A stretch of DNA of 55,549 nucleotides, filler included, from Porpidia crustulata (Eukaryota), in assembly GCA_964255105.1 (NCBI GenBank). It is 5 parts of 5 records of this genome, joined end to end, with 100 filler letters (N's around TTAATTAATTAA, not from the genome) between each part and the next. Parts side by side here need not be neighbours in the genome. Positions count along the whole stretch, not along the records: positions 44,534 to 55,549 come from CAXUWE010000709.1; 4 more parts are not named here. One strand, written 5' to 3'. Under the pieces are notes generated by a model that saw only the letters and a program-made list of their open reading frames with translations, did not search any database and was not told where the DNA came from. Both the position numbers and the translations under genes were made by a program. Below are positions 49,392 through 55,549 of the stretch, one piece after another; the stretch's first letter is position 1, and the number at the start of each line of letters is the position of its first letter.

Positions 49392-52300
49392 ATGCCTTCT
49401 TGGCCCTCTCGTCTGCTTCTCGGGACTTCAGCGTCAGGCAGTGCATCCTCAGCTCAGCGCTCGCCAGAAAACGAGAGCCATCCCCGTAAGCATGGCTCAT
49501 CTAAGACGACGTTGCGCCGTGAAGCTCCCACGTCAACTTCAACGAATGCTTCATTCAGCTCGAACCGCAACCGGCCCGTTGTTCATGGCCGGTCTCTAAG
49601 CCACCCTTTTACATCACGCCTGAATGAAGATAGACGAACAAAAAAAAGGATCCAAGAACGCAATGAATGCAGTGGCCTGGAAATACTGGGTGACGAAACC
49701 CCCAACGTACTACCGGCGTGCACAAGAGACCTTCTGTTTGCTGGTCACACTGAATCGTTGTCAACCAGGGAGAAAGAGCTGGCGATCGGGAAATGCGCCA
49801 CCTGCGGGTCACACGTGCGGTGGCCAAAGGACGTCGATGTCTTCCGCTGCACCGTCTGTCTTATGGTCAATGATTTGACCTCTGCCCCCAGACTCAGATC
49901 ATCTGCAGAACGCGCAAGTTGCAAAGAAGATATCGATATCGGATCTCAAACATTACGGAAAGGTATGCTTTACCGTCACATCTCCATAGCTCAGGCCTAA
50001 TGTCTGTTCCAATAGTCGCACCCGTCTCGCTAGAAAGAACCAAAGCTCTTCTTGAAAACTGCATACATCGGTATTTACAAGCTCGCCTCGACATTTGTAG
50101 AAAGAGCAATAAAGATGATGGCCCTATCCCTTTTCAAGACGCGGGTCAGTCCATTAGATGCTCGAATGAGAGCAACTTGCACAATATAAGGACTTTAGCA
50201 TCTATAAGTACCGGATTGCCGGCAATTTCAGCCTCTATGGAACAGCCAGAACACCACGAAATTCACAAATTTTCCCCTGACGCTCAACTTGCTTCTGGAT
50301 CAACAGCAAGCCGTCCGACTTCATTCGCTCGTACAGCCAGATCCGATTCTCACATTCAAAAAGCTGGATACGCAGCTTATTCGGTCCCTTCACGATCGCA
50401 GGACTCTCAATCACTACTAGGAGAGTGGCCGGACAGCCTACCCAATACGCTTCCTCCAACGGTAAGGCAATCTCAATCAGAGCAGCCCAAGTGCCTTTTC
50501 CGACCTTTGGAAAACTACCTTTTAGCGTGTTTTAAGACCTGCGATTGTCTCAACGCATCGTTCCTAACCCCCAAACAACCACCAACAGCCCGAGCGGCCA
50601 GCGAAGATGCTGTTGCCACAACCTTATCCCCAAAATCAGATAAACGGCATTATCCCAAAGATTTTCTACCTGGACTGGATGCAAAAACACTTTTGCTTGG
50701 CGATTTTGCCGAAAATGGTATGTGGTGGACCGGGGGAAGCCCTATCGAACGCCATCCAGCGTATCGTTACGGACCAAATGCTCATGAAGAATTGTCGGGG
50801 GAGCTGGTCAGCCTAAAAACACCGCGAATCAATTGGGCTGAACTTAGCGAGTGGTATCATGTCATACTGTCAAGTGGCCAGACATGGCAGCGTAAATGGC
50901 AAGAACTGCAAGCGAGCAGTCATTCTTCCCGGTATCTGGATGATACCACCTTGAATAATGAGCTTCAAGAAATTGAGGACGACATGGCCAAGGCTTCGAT
51001 ACATCTCCAAAGAACTCTTTTGAAAGCGACGGATAGCCTTCTTCGGCGTCCAGGGCGCCCCCTGAAATCTCCGCGGGATAGTCGGTTCTTATTAATCTTA
51101 CTTGCGAATCCAACTTTCTATCTTCCAAGTCCCGGCATGTCCACATCGCCAGGCAGGTTGCTAAGGACCGTAAGCCAGAGCCAAGCCACGACGTTGTATG
51201 TGCCGGCTTCGTCCTTCCGGCCAAGTACCAATGCAGCTCATAGGCCGATTAATGACCACGCTGGTAGCGTGGACAAGCATTCCGGTATCATTAAACGTAT
51301 ACTAGGTTTGATGTCAAATACTTCGCTTGACTGCAATCATCATTTCGTAGTCTGGTTCTCCAGGCTGTCTGAGGCGCACTTAGGGGCACTTGTTGATTTG
51401 GTTGGGAGTTTTGTTACATACCGATTAAGCCGTCAGCACGGAAAGAGTTGCACTCCAGGTCACACGTCGGATTCCAATCTGATTCCGAACATTGCTGGGC
51501 CAGGGGCGGGGACTTCGGCCCAATTGCATGCGGCCCTTGATGTTGCGGGGACTTCAAAGGGATCGGGGAAAAGGAAGGACACAATTGTATATGGTGAAGA
51601 TTGGCAGGTGAAAGCCGCAGCCAGGGTGATGTCTCTCCTATTTTCTGCAAATAACAGCGGCGTAGCTCCTAGGTATGAAAATTCTACCGAATTGGGCCCA
51701 GTAGCTCGCCAGCGCGTCTATAATCATCGTCAAATTCTACCAACAAACTACTTTTACAACACACTACTAGACTATTCGGATCTCGTGGCCGATTTCGAGT
51801 CGTGGGAGTCTCGGAAAGGGACGTTTTCGTTTTGCCAGTACCCTATGTTCTTATCCATTTGGGCAAAAATACACATTATGGAGTATGATGCTCGCCGCCA
51901 GATGGAGATCAAAGCACGAGAAGCCTTTTTCACGAGCATTATGAACCGCAAAGCGGTCAGTCAATATCTAGTGTTAAATGTGCGTCGCGAATGCCTGGTA
52001 GAGGACAGTCTGCGTGGAGTTAGTGAAGCCGTGGGTACTGGCCAGGAAGAGATCAAGAAAGGGCTGCGAATCGAATTTTCTGGCGAGGAAGGAGTCGACG
52101 CAGGAGGGTAAGTTTATTTCTTGTGTCGGAACAAGTGCGAGGATGGTCAGACTAACGACCTCTAAGGCTTCGGAAAGAATGGTTCCTCCTGCTGGTTCGA
52201 GAAGTCTTCGATCCAGAGCATGGTTCGTGCGCAACGGTCCTTTAGCGGCTTTACGTCTGACAGGTCTAATTAGGGCTTTTTACGTATGACGAGGAATCTC

Positions 52301-53196
52301 ACTATTGCTACTTCAATTCGAACAGCTTCGAGACCTCTGATCAGTTTTTTTTAGTAGGTGCTGTGCTTGGTCTTGCTATATATAATTCGACCATTCTCGA
52401 TGTCGCATTTCCCCCATTTGCCTTCCGGAAACTCTTGGCTTCTGCGCCAAATTACAGTGGGCCTACGACAGCATCTTCGCGCCCGGCTGCTGCGCATACC
52501 CTCGAGGATCTGGCCGAGCTTCGACCATCGCTTGCCAAAGGCCTAACACAATTATTAGACTACGACGGCGACGTTGAGAAGACCTATTGCTGGGACTTTG
52601 TTGCTCATGCGGACAGGTATGGTCAAGCAGCCATAGTGCCACTGTGTCCTAATGGCGAGAATCGACCAGTGACGAATGCTAATCGACGCGAATTTGTTGA
52701 TCTTTACATTAAATACTTGTTAGACACGGCGGTTACTCGACAGTATGAACCGTTCAAGCGTGGCTTCTTCACCGTGTGTGGAGGCAATGCACTCTCCCTC
52801 TTCCGGCCTGAAGAGATTGAGCTCCTCGTACGGGGCTCCGATGAGCCCTTGGACGTAGCGACTCTTCGAGCGGTGGCAGTCTACGATGGTTGGGGTAAAG
52901 GCATACAAGCCCAGCGTGAGCCCGTGGTATCGTGGTTCTGGAACTCCTTTGAAAATTCGGACGTTAAAGGCCAGAGGAAGCTCTTGCGCTTCATTACATC
53001 GAGTGATCGGATTCCAGCCATGGGTGCAACTAATTTGATTATTAAGATCACCTGTATGGGCGACAATTGTGATAGATTTCCGATTGCGCGTACTTGCTTT
53101 AACATGATAGGTGTTTACCGTTACAAGAGCCGGGAAGTCTTTGAGACGAAGCTTTGGAGGGCTGTGACTGAGAGCGAAGGGTTTGGAATACGCTAG
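49392..53196 (+). CDS. HECT E3 ubiquitin ligase (Hul4-like) with N-terminal CxxC-CxxC motif
   Basis: FSFCQYPMFLS, LRIEFSGEEGVDAGG|LRKEWF, SLFRPEEIELLV, catalytic FPIARTCFN, terminal SEGFG. Confidence 0.92.
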
Positions 53197-53709
53197 CTGA
53201 TGTGATCGAAATGAGAGGTCTGGTGTTACCATGGGTGTTGCACCATAGCGGTGACATTTGGAGAGCGTCTTTTGTGGATTGTGGTGCCCAGGGTACCTCA
53301 GTATATCATGGGCCTGGTGCGTGGCGTTCTTGTCAGCTGGGCGTTCTATGATTTGATGGATCTCAAATCGATAAACGGGTGGCTGGAGCAGGTCTCGGTG
53401 GGCCTAAATTAATGCCTTTCAAAATTAGAGGCCAGAAAGCATAGCATAAACATAAGATTCTTCCTACAGCTGTACGGGCTCGTGGATTTGAGGAGAGTAC
53501 AAATGAAGTCATGCTCATGACAGCAATGTACTGGGACTTTGGACGCTGAACCCGAATATATTTCGTTGGCAACACTATCCAAGTACATTGCAATCTTCCT
53601 TATTGCAAATCTGTAGTCAAGCATGAGGAGTGGCTGAGTGACCTCAAATCTATCTTGTATGATTTGAGAAACATTCTGAGAATGTATTCTTAGGCACAAC
53701 GGGCGTAAC

Positions 53710-55549
53710 ATGGCGACACTCAGGGCACAGGTGAGATTAAAGGCGCTCTTAAGGTGCTTTCTCAGTGTCAGAAGGCTTGGACAATCCGCAACACTGAATC
53801 AAAGGCACTTCTCTTATTCCGCAATGGAGCGATCCATCCATGACTTGAAAAGGGTTTGCGCCCTCGACACGCTCAAGGTCAATCAGAATAGGTTGATGTC
53901 AGATATCCATCACACCTGCCAATGGGGTGAAGGTGAGCGGTGGGGAGAGTAGGTGAATTTCTACCTGCTTGTTGGAGAAATTTTGTGATTTCGTCTTCGA
54001 TACTTTAGCAATGAATCGTTTGTTCGGGTTGTATTTGAAGTATACTGCGTGCTTAGGCCCACATTTCATTGTTCCTCTTACGGGTTTCATCTGATGGTAT
54101 GGTAGAGGCAGTACTGAAATAGGAATGTCGAGGCTCTCGCTATCCGATGCCGATAAGGTTTGTCGAGACTGGTTTGTCAAGACTACCAAGTCACTAGGCT
54201 GCAAAGTCCACATTGATGCTATGGGAAACACATTCGCTGTGAGGCCGGGTAAACGAGCAGGACCACCGACCTGTGCCGGTAGTCACTTAGACACGCAACC
54301 CTCTGGGGGACGTTATGTATGCAGTCACGAGCTCATCTCCATACCAGGACCGGGACTGACGGACTTTAGGATGGGATTCTTGGCGTATGTGCTGGAGTAG
54401 AGATGCTGAAGGTGCTGGAGGAAGAAAAAGTGGACACCGAATACGCTACGGGTGTGATCAATTGGACAAAGTATGGATATCTGTATCAACCCGAACGAAA
54501 GGCAGAGCTGTTACTGATGCAAAGATTTAGTGAGGAAGGAGCGCGGTTCCCGATAAGCATGGTAAGGATATGTTCTCAAATCTGAGCTGTCGTTTGGAGA
54601 CTCTTGATGTGAGTCATTTCAGATGTCATCTGGAGTATGGGCGGGTGAGATCCCAATAGAGAAGGCCCATAACCTGCAAGAGGTTGGTGGAGGTCAGCGG
54701 ACCGTGAAGCAAGAACTCGAGAGGATTGGATATCTGGGCGATATGGAAGCTAGCCATAAAGCAATGCCGATTGGAGTGAGTTGTATCATTTACCCCGAAA
54801 ACGCTTTCTCTAATTGACGCAGGCCCACTTTGAATTACATATTGGTATGTTGGAACACCCTGACTCTTCTTTGTCCCTCGAATTTATACTCCTCCTTTCC
54901 CCTTTCCGACAGCAGCGAGGAACGGCACCAAGGCTCTTCCGTGGTCCACCATGAAAAAGTCCCTTCTCCGAGGCAATTTCTCTCACCAGACGTATTTCCG
55001 CATCACCCAGCGAATAATCTTCGTGGAAAGTCAAAGCGCGTCGCCTGTTGAGCAGCCGAGCATTGAAGTAAGGAGAAGGGGCTAATCATTTCCCAATCAT
55101 TAAGAGCAAGGACCCCGGCTCGAATCCCAGAAGCAGAAAATAGGAGTCGTGCGTGGAGTAAGTCCCCAAGCAACCCTGCCTCATTCCATACTTTTTCAAG
55201 CCCTTGACTTCAAAGGTCCAATCCTATCGGTGGCACACCATTATCGTCAAAGGCCGCGACTGCCACACCGGCACGACCGACTTCGCCAATCGCTCTGACG
55301 CCATGCTCACGGCCGCCAAAATGATCCTCCACTCCCACCGCGCCGCGACCAAGCACTCCTGCCTCGCGAGCACAGGGATTCTCAACTTGAGCCCTGGAAG
55401 CACGAATACCGTCCCGGGTACCGTGCGCTTCAGTCTAGACATCCGAGCTAGTCAGGATGAGCGCTTGATGAGGATAGAGAGGGACCTTCGAGCTGATTTT
55501 GAGAAGATTGCAAGAGGCGAGGATGTGGGTGGTCTGGAAAAGGGGGGGG
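53710..55549 (+). CDS. M20-family N-carbamoyl-amino-acid amidohydrolase / beta-alanine synthase (Pyd3-like), 3' truncated
   Basis: GSHLDTQPSGGRY|DGILGV, NWTN|EEGARF, AHFELHI|EQGP, HTGTT, NTVPG; many introns. Confidence 0.9.

Overview
Intron-rich nuclear DNA from a filamentous ascomycete (Pezizomycotina; a lichen-forming lineage is plausible but not shown). The window is not one locus. It is five contigs of about 11 kb (11044, 11040, 11029, 11020 and 11016 bp, in descending size order) joined by synthetic 100-bp N44-TTAATTAATTAA-N44 linkers, so no synteny should be read across the linkers. Contigs 1, 2, 3 and 5 carry mostly conserved housekeeping genes: Scc4-like cohesin loader, EHT1-family hydrolase, LOC1, VPS68, PET127, RKI1, an F-box/WD/UIM protein, an Asi1/3-like RING ligase, a ModF-like ABC ATPase, PCM1, RRP3/SSF1, SUA7, ATP14, a PSP1-domain protein, RPL15, a HECT ligase and an M20 beta-alanine synthase. 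Contig 4 looks accessory: a decayed GIY-YIG nuclease/zinc-finger ORF directly downstream of an intron-containing tRNA-Leu(CAA), an amidase, a GST, a secreted histidine-phosphatase-like protein and further pseudogenes. The most notable unexplained structures are two MITE-like inverted-repeat elements in divergent promoters (one with CAC termini and a perfect 5-bp target duplication, Transib-like), the tRNA-adjacent GIY-YIG relic, and a recurring C-rich to G-rich switch near gene 3' ends. All gene calls come from recognising translated motifs, not from database searches. I did not find an intact novel multi-gene system.
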